64,000 nt of DNA from Felis catus. Its lineage: Eukaryota. The stretch lies in contig NC_058382.1 in the NCBI RefSeq assembly GCF_018350175.1, positions 8,246,001 to 8,310,000 of the forward strand, read 5' to 3'. Within the stretch, counting starts at the first letter, position 1, and every line of letters begins with the position of its first letter. The position numbers and the translations under genes are program-made. Below, one piece after another: positions 47,306-61,738 of this stretch. A model generated the notes under the pieces. The model had not been told where the DNA came from, searched no databases, and saw only the letters and a program-made list of their open reading frames with translations.

Positions 47306-49812
47306 GGGGCGCTTGGGTGGCTCAGTCGGTTGAGCATCCGACTTTGGCTCAGGTCATGATCTTGGGGTTTGTGAGTTCAGGCCCCCTGTCGGACTCTCTG
47401 CTGACCGCTCGGAGCCTGGAACCTGCTTCAGATTCTGTGATAACGCTGCTGAGAATATTTGTGTGAGAATTTTTGTGTGGACGTGTTTTCATTTCTGTCG
47501 GAAGCGGCATTGCTGAATCAAATGGTAACTCTACCTTTAGGCTTTCGAGAAACTGCCAGACTTTTCCACAGTGGCTGCCCCAGCCTCCATTCCCACTCAG
47601 TGTGTAAGGGTTCCAGTTTCTCGACACTTGTTATGATCTGACTTTTCGGTTGTCATCCTCCTAGTGGGTTTGAACTGGTATCTCACTGTGGTTTTTTATC
47701 GCATTACTTAAAGTTTTATTAGGGCGCCTGGGTGGTCCAGTCGGTTAGGCGCGTCAGACTTCAGCTCAGGTCATGATCTCGCGGTCCGTGAGTTCGAGCC
47801 CCGCGTCGGGCTCTGTGCTGATGGCTCAGAGCCCGGAGCCTGCTTCAGATTGTGTGTCTTCCCCTCTCTCTGCCCCTTTCCCCTCCTCTCAAAAAATAAA
47901 CATTAAAAAATAATAATAAAATAAAAAGTAGAGTTTTATTTATTTATTTAGAGAGAGTGCGCCCATGAACGGAGGAGGGGGAGAGACAGAATCCCAGGCA
48001 GGCTCTATGCTGTCTGTGGGGCTCGATCTCATGAATCATGAGATCATGACCTGAGCGAAAACCAAGAGTCTGATGCTCAACCGACTGTGCCACCCAGGCA
48101 CCCCTATTTAGTTTTAAAGATTTTTAAAATATAATTTTCTAATGTCTATTTTTTGAGAAAGAGATAGAGAAACAGAGTGCGAGGGAGGGAGGGGCAGAGA
48201 GAGAAGGAGACACAGAATCCGAAGCAGGCTCCAGGCTCTGAGCTGTCAGCACGGAACTCACGAACTGCAGGATCATGACCTGAGCCGAAGTCTGACCCTT
48301 AACCAACTGAGCCACCAAGGCACCCCTTAAAGATTTTGTTTTTAAGTAATTGCTCTACACGCAACATGGGGCTCAAACTTACAACCCTGAGATCAAGAGT
48401 CACATGCTCTACGGACTGAGCCAGCCAGGCGCCCCCTCACCCCACCCCTTGCCTATTTTTAAATTGGGTCACTCATCTTTTTATTATTGAGTTATAAGTC
48501 TTTCGTATATTCTAGATGTTATTCCTTGATTGGATATATGATTTGCAACCCCCACTTGTGTTTGTACAGCCTGCAAACTAAGAACGGTTGTAACATTTTA
48601 AAAAAATTAGACAAAATCAAAAGAAATGATATTTTGTGACCCACGGCAATTTATGTGATTCAGATGTCCATGTCCACAAGGAAACTTTTATTGCAACACA
48701 GCCATGCATGTTCATGTCCGTGGTGTCCATGGCTGCTCTTGCCATAGGAGAGCCGAGCTGAGTAGTTGTGACAGGGGCCCAATGGGCCACGAAGTCAAAA
48801 ATCTTTTTTTTTTTTAATGTTTATTTATTTTGGAGAGAGACAAAGAGTACGAGTCGGGGAGGGGCAGAGAGAGAAGGAGACACAGGATCCGAAGCAGGCT
48901 TCAAGCCATCGGCCCAGAGCCCGACCCCGGGCTCGAACTCACGAACCGTGAGATCATGACCTGAGCCGAAGTCCGACGCTCCACCGACTGAGCCACCCAG
49001 GCGCCCCAAAGTCCAAAATCTTTACTATCCTGACCCTTTTTGGTTGATCCCTGCCACGTTCCTTATGTTGAAGCCCTCGCCAGCAATATGACTATTTCAG
49101 AGATTGTCTGTGACGGACAAAATGAAGGTTACGTGAGATCGTGGGAGTGGAGTCCTACCGCCTGGGGCTGGTGTTGTTAGGACAGGAGGAGATGCCAGAG
49201 AGCACGCTCTCTGCCCTGTGAGGACACAGCAAGAAGGCGGCCACTATGCGGGAGCCAGGAAGAGAGAGTCCTCACCAGAAGCTGACCATGCTAGCACCGT
49301 GATCTTGGACTTCCAGCCTCCAGAACCATAAATATCTCCACAAATAAATGTCTGTTGTCTAAGCCACATTCCAGTAGATGGAATTTTGTTCTGGCAGCCC
49401 TAGCTGACTGATGCAGATAGGAAGAGCCAAACCTGCACTGTAAAGTTACGTTTTTATCCTTTCCGATAACGGGTATTGGCACCCTGCGAATATACAGTTC
49501 CCTTCAGTCTTTCCCTTAAGGGCATCCCTCAGCAATCATTGCCTCGTCAACTGTGTCGTCAGGGGATGCAAAATGATTTTCCACTTCTTTTATTTATCTT
49601 TGCTTTTTTTTTAATGTTTATTCTTTTTTGAGAGACAGAGAGAGACAGAGGATGGGCAGAGAGAGAGGGAGACACAGAATCCGAAGCGGGCTCCAGGCTC
49701 GGGGCTGTCAGCACAGAGCCCAGCGCAGGGCTTGAACCCACAAACCGTGAGATTATGACCTGAGCTTGAAGTTGGACGCTCTACCAACTAAGCCACCCAG
49801 GTGTCCCTTTAA

Positions 49813-49849
<37 letters not shown>

Positions 49850-52800
49850 GTGTTTTTTTTTGTTTTTTTTTTAACATTTATTTATTATTGAGAGACAGAG
49901 AGACAGAGCATGAGCAGGGGAGGGGCAGAAAGAGAGGGAGACACAGAATCCAAAGCAGGCTCCGGGCTCTGAGCTGTCAGCACAGAGCCCAACGCGGGGC
50001 TCGAACCCACAAACCACGAGATCATGACCTGAGCTGAAGTTGGACGCTCAACCAACGGAGCCACCCAGGCGCCCCTAAAATTTTTTTTTAATGTTTATTT
50101 ATTTTTGAGAGAGAGAGAGTACAAGCAGGGGAGGGGCAGAGGGAGAGGGAGACACAGAATCTAAAGCGGGCTCCAGACTCTTAGCTGTCAGCACAGAGCC
50201 TGATGTGGGGCTTGAACCCACAAACTGCAAGATCTTAACCGCAGCCAAAGTCAGATGCTTAACCAACTAAGCCACCCAGGCGCCCCTGCATCAGCCATTA
50301 TTAATAGAGAATCTCTGGGGGTGCCTGGCTGGCTCAGTCGGAGGGGTGTGTGATTCTTGATCTTAGGGCTGTGAGTTCGAGCCCCACGTTGGGCGTAGAG
50401 ATTACTTAAATAAATAAAAACTTGAAAAAAACAGAGAATCTCAGATGGTCACTTTTGCTTTTAGCGAACTCTCTCGGTACTGCTTACACCCCGTCCTAAG
50501 TCTGTGATTTCCTTGAGTGTAATTAGCTCCTTGGTTTCCTTTAACACAGAAGCCTTCATACCCCTGGAATGGCCTGGCACACACCTTTTAGGGAGAGGGG
50601 TGTGTGGCATTCTCTAGGTTCTCAAAGGGATCTCTGACCCCACCAAAAGGTTAAGAGCCACGGGTTTTAGAGTTCAGAAAACCAACTGCAGAAAAAGACG
50701 GCAGGCAGGGAGTCGGTAATTTGAACGCCAGCCAGAACCATTAGCGTGTTAATGGTATTGTGGTCATGGTTTTTAAAAGTCCCATCACAGCGCTGTGCCC
50801 TGTGCCCTTCGAGCCCTAGCTGCTAGTCCCAAGAGGCCGTGCAGCACTTCACTAAGTGGCTAGTTTGACTTGAGGGACTGAATGTTTCTCGGTTCTTTCA
50901 TTTTAATTCATTTAAATAGAAACGCCAACACTAGACCGAGTTATCGGAAACCTTGTAAGCGTGTTCGGAACAGAGGCGGTATGTGAATGTACCTTGGCAG
51001 CCGTAAATCACAAAACCTAAATAGAGGTCAAGTATCTCCAGTGAAAGTTTCGCGTGTGAATTGAAATGTGTTGAAAGAGTAAAGCATAGTCCAGATCTTG
51101 AAGACTTTGTACAAAAAAAAAGGGGGGGGGGAATGGGTTGGCCTGTGTCCTCAGACTGTCACCCTCTTGGGAGGACTGACAGCTGTCACGTGGTTAAGGG
51201 GGCGGCCCCGCAGCCTGCTTGCCTGGGTTCCCCTTCCCAGCTGGGGGATGCCCGAGCCTGTTTCCTCCCCCGGAAGTGGGGCGTGATGATAAGCAGGAGA
51301 TAGGATTTTGGAATTTCTCTGAAATACTAGCGACAGCAGATGGCAATAGTTCTGTTCTCTGTTTTGAACTTGGCCCTAATGAGGAGACCATACAGCCGCG
51401 GTGGGTCCTGCCATGGCCGCCCACCAGCCCGTTAGCCCGTGGCCAGCAGCTCTTAAACTTTTTGGTCTCCGTGTCGTAAAAGTCATCCAGGACTCCAGAG
51501 AACTTTTGTTTATGTGAGTTCTATCGATTCATATTTGCTGTACCAGAAATTAAACCTGATGTGAAAAAAAGTTTTTATGGGCGCCTAAGTGGCTGTCGGT
51601 AAAGCGTCCGACTCTTGGTTTCAGCTCAGGGCATGATCTCACGGTTCATGGGTTCGAGCCCCGCATCGGGCTCCGTACTGACAGTGTGGAGCCTGCCTGG
51701 GATTCTTCTCTCTCCCTCTCTGTCTGCCCCTTCTTCACTCTCTCTTTTTCTCTCTCTCTGTCTAAATAAACTTTAGAAAAGAAAAAGGTTTGGGGCGCCT
51801 GGGTGGCTCAGTCAGTTAAGCGGCTGACTTCGGCTCAGGTCATGATCTCGCGGTCCGTGAGTTCGAGCCCCGCGTCGGGCTCTGTGCTGACAGCCCGGAG
51901 CCTGGAGCCTGTTTCAGATTCTGTGTCTCCCTCTCTCTGACCCTCCCCTGTTCATGCTCTGTCTCTCTCTGTCTCAAAAATAAATAAACGTTAAAAAAAA
52001 AAAAAAAAGAAAAAGCCAAAGGTTTTTATTGAGCAGTAATTCACATAACAAAAATTCATCCATTTAAAGTGATATATACACTATTTTGTGCAATCACCAC
52101 CACTTATCATTCTAGAACATTTTCATCACCCCAAAAAGAAACCAGAAAGTCACTCCTCACTTCCCCTTCTCCCATCCTGTGGTAACCACCATTCTGCTTT
52201 CTGTCTCCATGGATTTGCCTGTTCTGGACATTTCTTATACGTGGAACCCTACGATACATGGCCTTTGTACCAGCTTCCTTTCTCTTAGCATAATAAAACG
52301 TTATTTAAAAATCGGCTCCACACCCACTGTGGGGCTTGAATTCAGGACCCTGAGATTAAGAGTCACATGCTCCACCAACTGAGCCAGCCAGGCGCCCCTA
52401 AAACATTTTTAAAACCCAAGGATGCAGAAGCATACACATTCAGTTTGCGGTGGGAGCAATGACATCCTCACGTGTCACGCTGTCTCTGGAAAACTCCACT
52501 GTGTGCTTGTGAGAGAACGAGAGTAACAAAGGCAAACACATGTTAGTATTATTATGGAAATAGCTTGTGGACCCCCTGAAGGTATCTTAGGAACCCCTCT
52601 AGGATCCCCGGACCTTACTTTGAGAACCGCTGCCCTAGGCAATGGCTTCACTTCTAAGAATCCTTTTGCCCATCTGAAAAATGGTCATGGGCCAGACTTT
52701 ATTTATTTATTTTTTTTAATTTTTCTTTTTAACGTTTATTTATTTTTGAGACAGAGAGAGACAGAGCATGAACGGGGGAGGGGCAGAGAGAGAGGGAGAC

Positions 52801-55700
52801 ACAGAATCGGAAACAGGCTCCAGGCTCCGAGCCATCAGCCCAGAGCCTGACACGGGGCTCGAACTCACGGACCGCGAGATCGTGACCCGGGCCGAAGTCG
52901 GACGCTTAACCGACTGAGCCACCCAGGCGCCCCATGGGCCAGACTTCAGAGAGTGGTTAAGGTTGGACAATCAATGAGATGGGGGCACAGAGAGCTGGCG
53001 TGGGGTCAGGGATCTAGCAGTGTTCTGTGGGACTGTTCCATTATCACCTGGCCAAGTTAAAAAAAAAAAAATTAAAAAAGGTTGCCTCTGTAGTTGCTCC
53101 TTTTACTCTTGGAGGGAAAATGTCTCCGGCCATGGCCATGAAGCCAAAGAGTGTAGAAACCCCTGTCATTGGCCACAAGACAAGCAGCTGTGTGCCAAAT
53201 CCCACAGAGGGTCAAGGCAGTTGACAACTAAGAATAGAGTAGGGAATTTGGCCATGAGGAGGTCAATGCGACCTTCGTGAGTGGCAGTTGGGGGGGCTGG
53301 GGCTGAAGCCAGAGGGTGTGGGGAGGAGTGCCTGGCAGGTGAGCGAGGGGAGACAACAGGTGCCGGATGTTTGCTCAAAAGCTTGGGGGTGAGGGGAAGT
53401 TGGAGGAGGGCCATGGGTCAAGTTGGGGTGTTTCACCAAGGTTAGCTGTCGCAAGCAGTGCAGTGGCCACCACTGGGGTGAAATGTTTTGTGTCTCGACT
53501 GGGGTGGCAGTCACAAGGGCATACATCTCTGTCAACACGCATCAGATCTATGTCCATACACCGAAGAACAAAAATCAGCCTCTGAGAGGAAATCGCCAGT
53601 AGGGGGAGAGCGAGATCCATAGCTCGGAGAGGGAGAGAGTTTTGTGGTTCAAGTTCTGAATGTGAAAGACAAGAGTCTGAAGGCGACCAGAAGAGGGAAA
53701 TACAGACAAAGTTACTTTTTGCAGTTTGGGAGTCCTTGGCTGTGTCCCCCCGCCCCCGGCTCCACCCCAGCCTTCTGGACCTTTCTCACAACCAGAGAGC
53801 CGGAGAGAATATTTCCTGAACACCGCCTGTGTGCCAGGCTCTGAGCAGGACTCATTCAGCTGTCACAGAAATCCAGTCCCGGCAATGAGATCCCATGGTT
53901 GTCCCAGGGATGATTAACTTTTTGCCAAATTAAACCAAGGCTCAGAGAAAGGAAATGGCCAACCTAGGGTCACAACAGCCAGTGCGGGGCCGACCCTGGA
54001 CTCAAGCCCAGGCTGAAGGTCATCTTGCCCAATCCTTGATCCCTATAGCCTACAACCCCCTCCTGTAGCTCCAGCCCCTGATTAGTCCCCACCGACACAT
54101 GGGCAACCACTCCGATATGCAGAACACATACGCTCTTGTTTGTAAGTATTCTTTAATAGGCACTATCTTGGGGCGCCTGGGTGGCTCAGTGTGGTGGTTA
54201 AGCATTCAACTCTTGATTTCCGCTCAGGTCATGATCTCACGGTTCGTGAGTTTGAACTCCATGTTAAGTTCCGAGCTGACAGTGCAGAGCCTGCTTTGGA
54301 TTCTCTCTCTCTCCCTTTCTCTGTGCCCTTCCCATGCTCCCTCTTTCTCTCTCAAAAATAAGTAAAACAATAAAATGTACTATCTTGCACACACGTAGAT
54401 TGGTAGTAATCCTGTTTTATTTTTTACATTTTATGTATTTTATTATTTTAGAGTATGTGCACACGAACAGGGGAGAGGGGCAGAGGGGGAGAGAAAGAGA
54501 ATCTTAAGCAGGCTCTACCCTCAGCACAGTGTCCAACTCAGGGCTCGATCCCACAACCCCAGGAACATGACCTGATCCGAAATCAAGAATCAGATGCTCA
54601 ACTGGCTGAGCTACCCAGGTGCCCCCTACTTTTTTTTTTCTTATTTTTTATACCCAGTGTTAAGATCCACCTGTGACACCTTGCACGTATCTAGCAGATT
54701 GCATCTCACTGCTGGGTGGTCTCCAGGATGGGCTGTCACCACCCATTCTCCCAGGGAGGGACATCAGGTGCCTTTGACTCCCCTGGTATAAATAACACTG
54801 CTGTGGACATCCTTGGGCATGATCCTTGTGGGTGTCTCTGAGAATGTCTTTGGGGCCCATCACCCACGGTGCAGAATCACCTATGCTTACCTTGCTAAAG
54901 TGCCACCAGCCTGTGTTCCAGGAGGCTGACCCTGTCCACTCTCCCCACTGCATTGCCTTAAGGGTCCTGAAACCGATCATGTGTCCTCACCAAGCCCTGG
55001 TCTTACCCCGCTTTTTGAAGTTTCGCCTGTCAGCCTGATGATGATAGGTATGAAGTGCTATCTCACTGTGGTTTTCACCTGAAGAGAGCTGGATTATCTC
55101 TCCATACGCTCGTTAGTCTTTGAGCTGCTTCTGTAAGTTGCCTTTTCACATTCTTTGCTCATTTTCCTGTCAGGGGGGCCGTTTTTTTTTTTCTTGTTGA
55201 TTTGCCAGAGCCCCATGTACAGTCAGTTCCGCTAGAACACCTGTTTTGAAAATGTAGGGGCGCCTGGGTGGCTTGGTCGGTTAAGCGTCCGACTTCGGCT
55301 CAGGTCATGATCTCACGGTCCGTGAGTTCGAGCCCCGCCTCGGGCTCTGTGCTGACAGCTCAGAGCCTGGAGCCTGTTTCAGATTCTGTGTCTCCCTCTC
55401 TCTCTGCTCCTCCCCTGTTCATGCTCTGTCTCTCTCTGTCTCAAAAATAAGTAAACGTTAAAAAAAATTTAAAAAAAAAAAAAAGAAAATGTGAATTCCG
55501 GGGCACCCGGCTGACTCAGTCAGTTAAGCATCCGACTTCGGCTCGGGTCATGAGCTCACGGTTCGTGAGTTCGAGCCCCGCATCGGGCTCCGTGCTGACA
55601 GTGCAGAGCCTGCTTGAGATTCTGTCTTTCTGCCCCTCCCGACTCATGCTTTCTCTCTCTCTCTCAAAATAAATGAATAAACTTAAAAAGAAAGAAAGAA
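47306..55700. mobile_element. Dense CanSINE cluster (well over a dozen copies, both strands) with L1 and DNA-transposon fragments in NOSIP intron 1
   Basis: Repeated GGGGCGCCTGGGTGGCTCAG heads and reverse-complement ends, for example at 47306, 47721, 48790-49007, 49600-50286, 51579, 51791, 52700-52933, 54170, 55257 and 55500. Confidence 0.9.
49060..49415 (+). mobile_element. MaLR LTR (MLT1-type)
   Basis: tatgttgaagccct...gaggacacagcaagaaggcggcc...tcttggacttccagcctccagaac...ataaatgtctgttg...gcagccctagctgact. Confidence 0.75.
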
Positions 55701-56265
55701 AATGGGAATTTATCCCGGTGCAATCGATCATGTTTGGAAACAATTGGACCATAGTGCAGATTTCCCCTTTGCTTACATGTGCTTTCACCCACCCAGGCGA
55801 GAAGGGGGTGAACCCCCCCAAAACCGCACTCCACTGCAGTGAGCCTGTAGGCATACACCGAGCACACACATGCATACGTAACCCCAAACAGAACATCTCT
55901 GAGGCCCCTCACTGCACCGTGTCTGTGTGTAAGGAGCCCCACGCATCCTCATCTGCTGCCAGAACTTCTCTGGATTTCAGAGAACCCTCCTTCCTCCGCC
56001 TCAGAGTACCTCACAGGGTGCACCCCTTCTGATGCATGATTCCACAAGCAGAGTGTAGGTCACTTTCCAAAGTAAAATGCTGTCTTTCTTTTTGGAGTCT
56101 GTGGGTATTTCCTAACCAGTCGACGCGTGTGAGACTGTCCTCCGCTGACCCACCCCCTGTTTTCCCATCTGGCAAGGCCAGGGGCAGGTCGGCTCCGAGG
56201 GCCTGTCCTCCCTGGGGCCTCCCTCCACCACAGCCCTGCAACTGTCCCCTCCTCCTCCCCCCAGG

Positions 56266-59200
56266 ATGACCCGGCACGGCAAGAACTGCACGGCAGGGGC
56301 CGTCTATACCTACCACGAGAAGAAGAAGGACACAGGTACTGGGTTTGGGAGGGGGGACAGTTGTATCTCAAAGGCGCCATCTCACTTTGCACCTCCGGCT
56401 GTGTCTTCTGGGCATGTCTCTTTCCCCCCCACCCCACCCGCCAACCGATGGTCATGACACTAAGAGTAACAGCCCACGCGATCCCGTGCCCCTGCAATGG
56501 GCGCTTGTGGGCGTGAACTCATCTGAGACTCCCAGCTCCCCACTGAGGAAGGAATCGCTGCTGTCGTAGCCATATTCCAGAGGCAGAAACTGAGGCCCAG
56601 AGAGGGCCAGGCCCTTGAGTCTGGGCTGAGGGGAGTCAGGCGTGAGCCTGTCTACCTGGCAACTTCGGTGACAGCCTGTCACTTACCCTCTGGACTGACA
56701 CCTTCCTGAGGGTTATGCCCCCCCCCAATGCACACACACAGCCCGAGCTGTTGACTGCCTGTCTCTCGGAGTCCCGCCCAACACCCCCCTCCCCACATGC
56801 AAGTTCTGTCTGTGCCTTTCTCTTGGGGTTTCGCAAGGGGCACGTCTCCTGTCCCTCCATCCCTCTGCCTCTGTCTGTCCCCAGCGGCCTCAGGCTATGG
56901 GACCCAGAACATTCGACTGAGCCGGGATGCTGTCAAGGACTTTGACTGCTGCTGCCTCTCTCTGCAGCCCTGCCACGACCCTGTCGTCACGTGAGCTGGG
57001 GAACTGCACTGGGGGGTGTGGGGAACCGCCTGCACAGCCAGGGCGCCCTGGGCAAGCCCCTTAACCCCTCAAGAGCCTCAGTGTGCTCATCTGAGACATG
57101 GGCGTGATCCTAACGTGTTCCCCAGGGATGTGGAAAAGAATACATCCGTAACAGAGGGTAGGGCCCTTGGATCATTGCCTGGCACATAATAATAGCTCAT
57201 GTGTGGAGCATTTACCATTCCCCGCCTTGTGGTCTGGCAGAGGCCTCGGTGAGATAATGGGTACAAGGTGCTTAGTCCAGTGACTAAATATGGGCTCACT
57301 TTATAGGTCTGTTTTACAGACATAGTGACGAGAGCAGCCTGTGGCTCAGGGTCCCCGAGGCCACCTGCAGGTTCAGTGATTCATTGGAAGAACTCGCAAC
57401 TCAGAAAGGTGGTTAAGAGTCAGTGACGGCTTACGGTACAAAGATGGAGATTAAGTCAGTAAGGGGAGAAGGCACGTGGGGCCGAGCCCAGGAGGGACCA
57501 GGATCGAGCCTCCAGTTGTCCTCTCTCCTGATAGAGCCACACAGACAGCGCTAGTCTCCCAACAACGACATGTGACAGCAGGCAGACATGGGTGCCGCCC
57601 ACCGGGGAAACTCACGGGAGCCCCAGCGTCCAGGGATTTTACTGGAGGCTGGTAACTCAGGCATGGCGTGACTTTGGTCTCCAGGCCCTCCAGAGGTCTA
57701 ACCTCATACCACATGGCCCAGCCACCTCCCCCACCAGGTGAACTAAGACACTTTTATCAGGCAGCACATTCCAAGGGCTCAGAGGCTCCCTCCTGGGAGC
57801 TGGTTCAAGGGCCGGGTCCTTTGGAACGTGTAGGGTTTGGAGAACGCGGCCCGCTGAGCTAGCCCTTTACTGCACAAGATTTTCCCTACGAGGCAAAGCC
57901 AGGAGAGTGAAAATGGCGTGGTCACTCAGAGAGCTGTGCTAGGCACCGCGTGACCTGCCGCCTGGAAGACGCTTCGTGCGTGCCCAGGGCAGGGAGCCTA
58001 TGGCTTCCCATCCCGTCCTGTCCTTACAGCCCGGATGGTTACCTGTACGAGCGTGAGGCGATCCTGGAGTACATTTTGCACCAGAAGAAGGAGATCGCCC
58101 GGCAGATGAAGGTGATGGGGATGGGGGCACGGGCGGGCGGCTTTGATCCCCAGCTCACAGAGCCTCTCTGACCTTCCTAAGTGCCTTTTCCCTCTGAGCC
58201 TTTGCCTATGCTGTTCCCTCTGCTTGGCGCACCGTCCCGTCCCGCTTCTCCTGGTTAGCTCCTTCTCCTTCTCCGGATTTCCTCCCAGGCATCGCCTCCT
58301 CTGACCTCCTGCTAGTCCAGGGCCTCCAGGGTCTGCCCCCCCCCCCCCCCCCACCTCTTGACACTTATGGTTGTGACTCAGCCTGTGGCTGACGTGTGCC
58401 CACTTCCGCCACTAGATGGCAGGCCCCAGGGACGGGGAACAGATCTTTTGCCCACCCCATGGCCCTAGGTTCTCTGTGAACACTTGGTAAATTGACTGAT
58501 GTCACCTCATCTCCCTGGGCCTCGGTGGCACTGCCTCTGAAATGGGCTGACAGGGCCAGATCAGAGGGCGCTGCAGGGCGTGTGGGAGATGCTCACAGAT
58601 CAGAATCCTCGAGGCATTTACTTGGAGCCATGCCCACTTTCCACGGCTGAACTCATTCTGTGGGTAGGAGGGACCCCGTTTATCGCCGTGTTTGAGGCGC
58701 AGCGGGTCGATCTCCCTCCTTTTCCTGCCGGGCTTCCTAGAGCTCCAGAAACACTGAGGGTTAGATTCTTTGTTTTTGTTTTTGTTTTTAATGTTTATGT
58801 ATTTTTGAGAGAGAGAGGCAGAGTCTGAGCACGAGCAGGAGAGCGGCAGAGAGAGAGAGAGCGGGAGACACAGAATCTAAAGCGGGCTCTAGGCTTCAAG
58901 CTCAGCACAGAGCCCGACACGGAGCTCAAACCCATGAGCCGTGAGATTATGACCTGAGCCAAAGTTGGACACTTCACCGACTGAGCCACCTAGGCACCCA
59001 ATTTTTTTCTTTTTTTTTTTAAGTTTATTTATTTATTTATTTAGAGAGAGAAATATCAGGGGGGCCAGGAAGGGGCAGAGAGAGAGGGAGAAAGAATCCC
59101 AAGCAGGTTCCTCACTCTCAGTGCAGAGCCTGACGTGGGGCTTGAACTCATGAACCCAAACCTGGGAGATCATGACCTGAGCTGAAATCAAGAGTCAGAT

Positions 59201-59370
59201 ACTGGGGCGCCTGGGTGGCTCAGTCGGTCGAGCGTCCGACTTCGGCTCAGGTCATGATCTCACGCCCTGTGAGTTCGAGCCCCGCATCGGGCTCTGTGCT
59301 GACAGCTCAGAGCCTGGAGCCTGCTTCAGATTCTGTGTCTTCCTCTCTCTCTGCCCCTCCCCTGTTCATG

Positions 59371-59401
<31 letters not shown>

Positions 59402-60281
59402 AAAAATAAATAAACATTAAAAAAAAATCAGATACTTAACCCACAGAGCCACCCAACGCCCCAAGGGTTAGATTCTTGTTGAGCCTTTTGTCTTGAGTGA
59501 GTGGCTTTCCCTGTGCCTATACCCTCTGCATGGCTTAGTGGCCGCCTGGGTGCTCCCTCATCAGGGTGACCATGCCAGCGGTCCTCCCGAGCACCAGTTC
59601 CCCTCCGTCTTCTCCTCGCGCAGCTGGGTGGCCCGGGGCAGTCCTAGAACCCAGCACTGTGTCCCTGTGTCTCCACATACCCGTACCACCTGCCCACTTA
59701 GGGTTCTGTGAACGTTCATTGCTTCTTAACCCTCCTGGAGCTTTCCTCGAGGGCAGGACAGGATCTACAGTACCTACCCTGTAAAATCAATATAATATGG
59801 CCCACGGGCACATGAATCGAGCACTTGCTCTGTGCCGAAAATCTCCCGCGTAACCCAGTGAACCTCCGCGGTCAGTCGCCATTGTTAGCCTGTTTTACAA
59901 ATGAAGAAACTTGAGGCCAGGAGGAGTCACAGCCCTTACTGGAGGCCACAGAGCTCCTCGGTGACGGAGGCAAGGTTTAAGCTCTGGCCATCTGTCCCCT
60001 GCCAAGCTGCTGACCACCCTGCTGCCTAGGAACAAAGAGGCCACTGAGTCCCAAACCAGCTAAATGGGAGATGACCTAAGTGCCCTGCAGTAGGGGAAGG
60101 GACAAGCAAAGGCAGCAGAGCCACGCCACAGATTACAAGACCCACGGGTTAAAGATTCACACCCTGTCGCTTCAGCGTCCGACTGCGGCTCAGGTCGTGG
60201 GTTCGAGCCCTGTGTTCACCGATAGTACACAGCCTGCTTGGGATTCTCTCTCCCTCTCCCACTTGGGCGTGCGCCCACACG

Positions 60282-60323
<42 letters not shown>

Positions 60324-61717
60324 ATAAACTTTAAATAACTTAAAAAGACTCACACTCAGGCAGTTACCAGCCTCTACTAACTGCCGCTGCCAGGACCGTC
60401 CCCTGTGGAGGCCTCGGTTTACCCGTCCGTGAAATGGGAAGAGCCACCCTCAAACGCCACAACGCACGGGAAGGTGCCGAGCCCACTTCTTTCTCGCTGC
60501 CCACAGGCCTACGAGAAGCAGCGGGGTGCCCGGCGTGAGGAACAGAAGGAGCTGCAGCGGGCGGCGGCGCAGGACCAGGTGCGGGGCTTCCTGGAGAAGG
60601 AGGCAGCCATCGTGAGCCGGCCCCTCAACCCCTTCACGCCCAAGGCCGCCCCTGAGACTGGTCCAGGTGAGGGGGAGCGGACTTGCCGGGGAGCGCGGGT
60701 CCCGCAGGACCGGGTGCCTCGCTGGGTGCGGCATCCGGGCCCCTCTCCCTCCCGCAGATGATGCCCGCCCCGGGGCCAGTGCAGGCCCCACGGGCAAGGA
60801 CAAGGACAAAGCACTGCCCAGCTTCTGGATCCCGTCGCTGACCCCCGAGGCCAAGGCCACCAAGCTGGAGAAGCCTGTGAGCATCCCCAGCACCCTGCGC
60901 CCACTTGGCACAGAGGACCCGAGTCCCCCAGTGTCCCCAGCGCCTCCTTCCCTGCCCGGGACCCCCATCCTCCCTCCACCTGGGCCCAGCCCGGCCTGTT
61001 GACCGACACCCCCCCCTCCTGTCCTGCGCAGTCGCGCACCGTGACCTGCCCCATGTCTGGGAAGCCGCTGCGCATGTCTGATCTGACACCCGTGCGCTTC
61101 ACGCCGCTGGACAGCTCCGTGGACCGCGTGGGGCTCATCACACGCAGTGAGCGCTACGTGTGCGCGGTGACCCGCGACAGCCTGAGCAACGCCACGCCTT
61201 GCGCTGTGCTGAGGCCCTCGTGAGTCGCCCGGGGAGGATGACCTGGGGACCTGCAGGGCCGGGCCGGGTCGGGCAGTGTGGCTGTCCCTCGTCCGAGCGG
61301 GGCCTCTCTGATCGGTGTCTCCTACCCTCACTCTCACCGAAGTGGGGCCGTGGTCACCCTGGAGTGCGTGGAGAAGTTGATTCGCAAAGACATGGTAGAC
61401 CCCGTGAACGGGGAGAAGCTGACGGACCAGGACATCATCGTGCTGCAGCGGGTGAGCCGCGACCCGCCTCCCCAGGACCCCGCCCCCTGTCCTCTCCCTA
61501 TGCCCAACCCCGCCCTGCCTCCTCCACGCCCCACCCCCGCCTTCCTAAGCTGGGGTCCTGCCTCACCTTGCGGGCTTAGGATCCCCCCCCAACGGGCCCT
61601 GCAGCCCGACCTGCCTCCACCTTGGCCTTGTCCCCACCTCCCCAGGGCGGCACCGGCTTCGCGGGCTCCGGAGTGAAGCTGCAGGCTGAGAAGTCCAGGC
61701 CGGTGATGCAGGCCTGA
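56266..61717 (+). CDS. NOSIP: Nitric oxide synthase-interacting protein; join(56266..56335,56885..56990,58030..58111,60507..60666,60758..60876,61032..61219,61343..61451,61646..61717), 301 aa
   Basis: MTRHGKNCTAGAVYTYHEKKKDT, RING/U-box-like DFDCCCLSLQPCHDPVVTPDGYLYEREAILEY, LPSFWIPSLTP, CPMSGKPL and ...KSRPVMQA*. 906 nt in frame with GT-AG introns. Confidence 0.97.
57345..57875. mobile_element. ERV LTR relic (MER21-like)
   Basis: gggtccccgaggccacctgcaggttcagtgattcattggaagaactc resembles MER21 as recalled; not searched. Confidence 0.5.
58770..59463. mobile_element. CanSINE cluster in NOSIP intron 4
   Basis: A minus copy ending near 58999; a second minus copy interrupted by a plus copy at about 59204-59427. 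Confidence 0.85.
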
Positions 61718-61732
61718 GTGCACAGGAGACCA

Positions 61733-61738
61733 AATAAA
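61733..61738 (+). terminator. NOSIP: NOSIP polyadenylation signal
   Basis: AATAAA 15 nt after the stop codon, followed by a GT-rich element (cttgtggtgccttcgttgg). Confidence 0.85.
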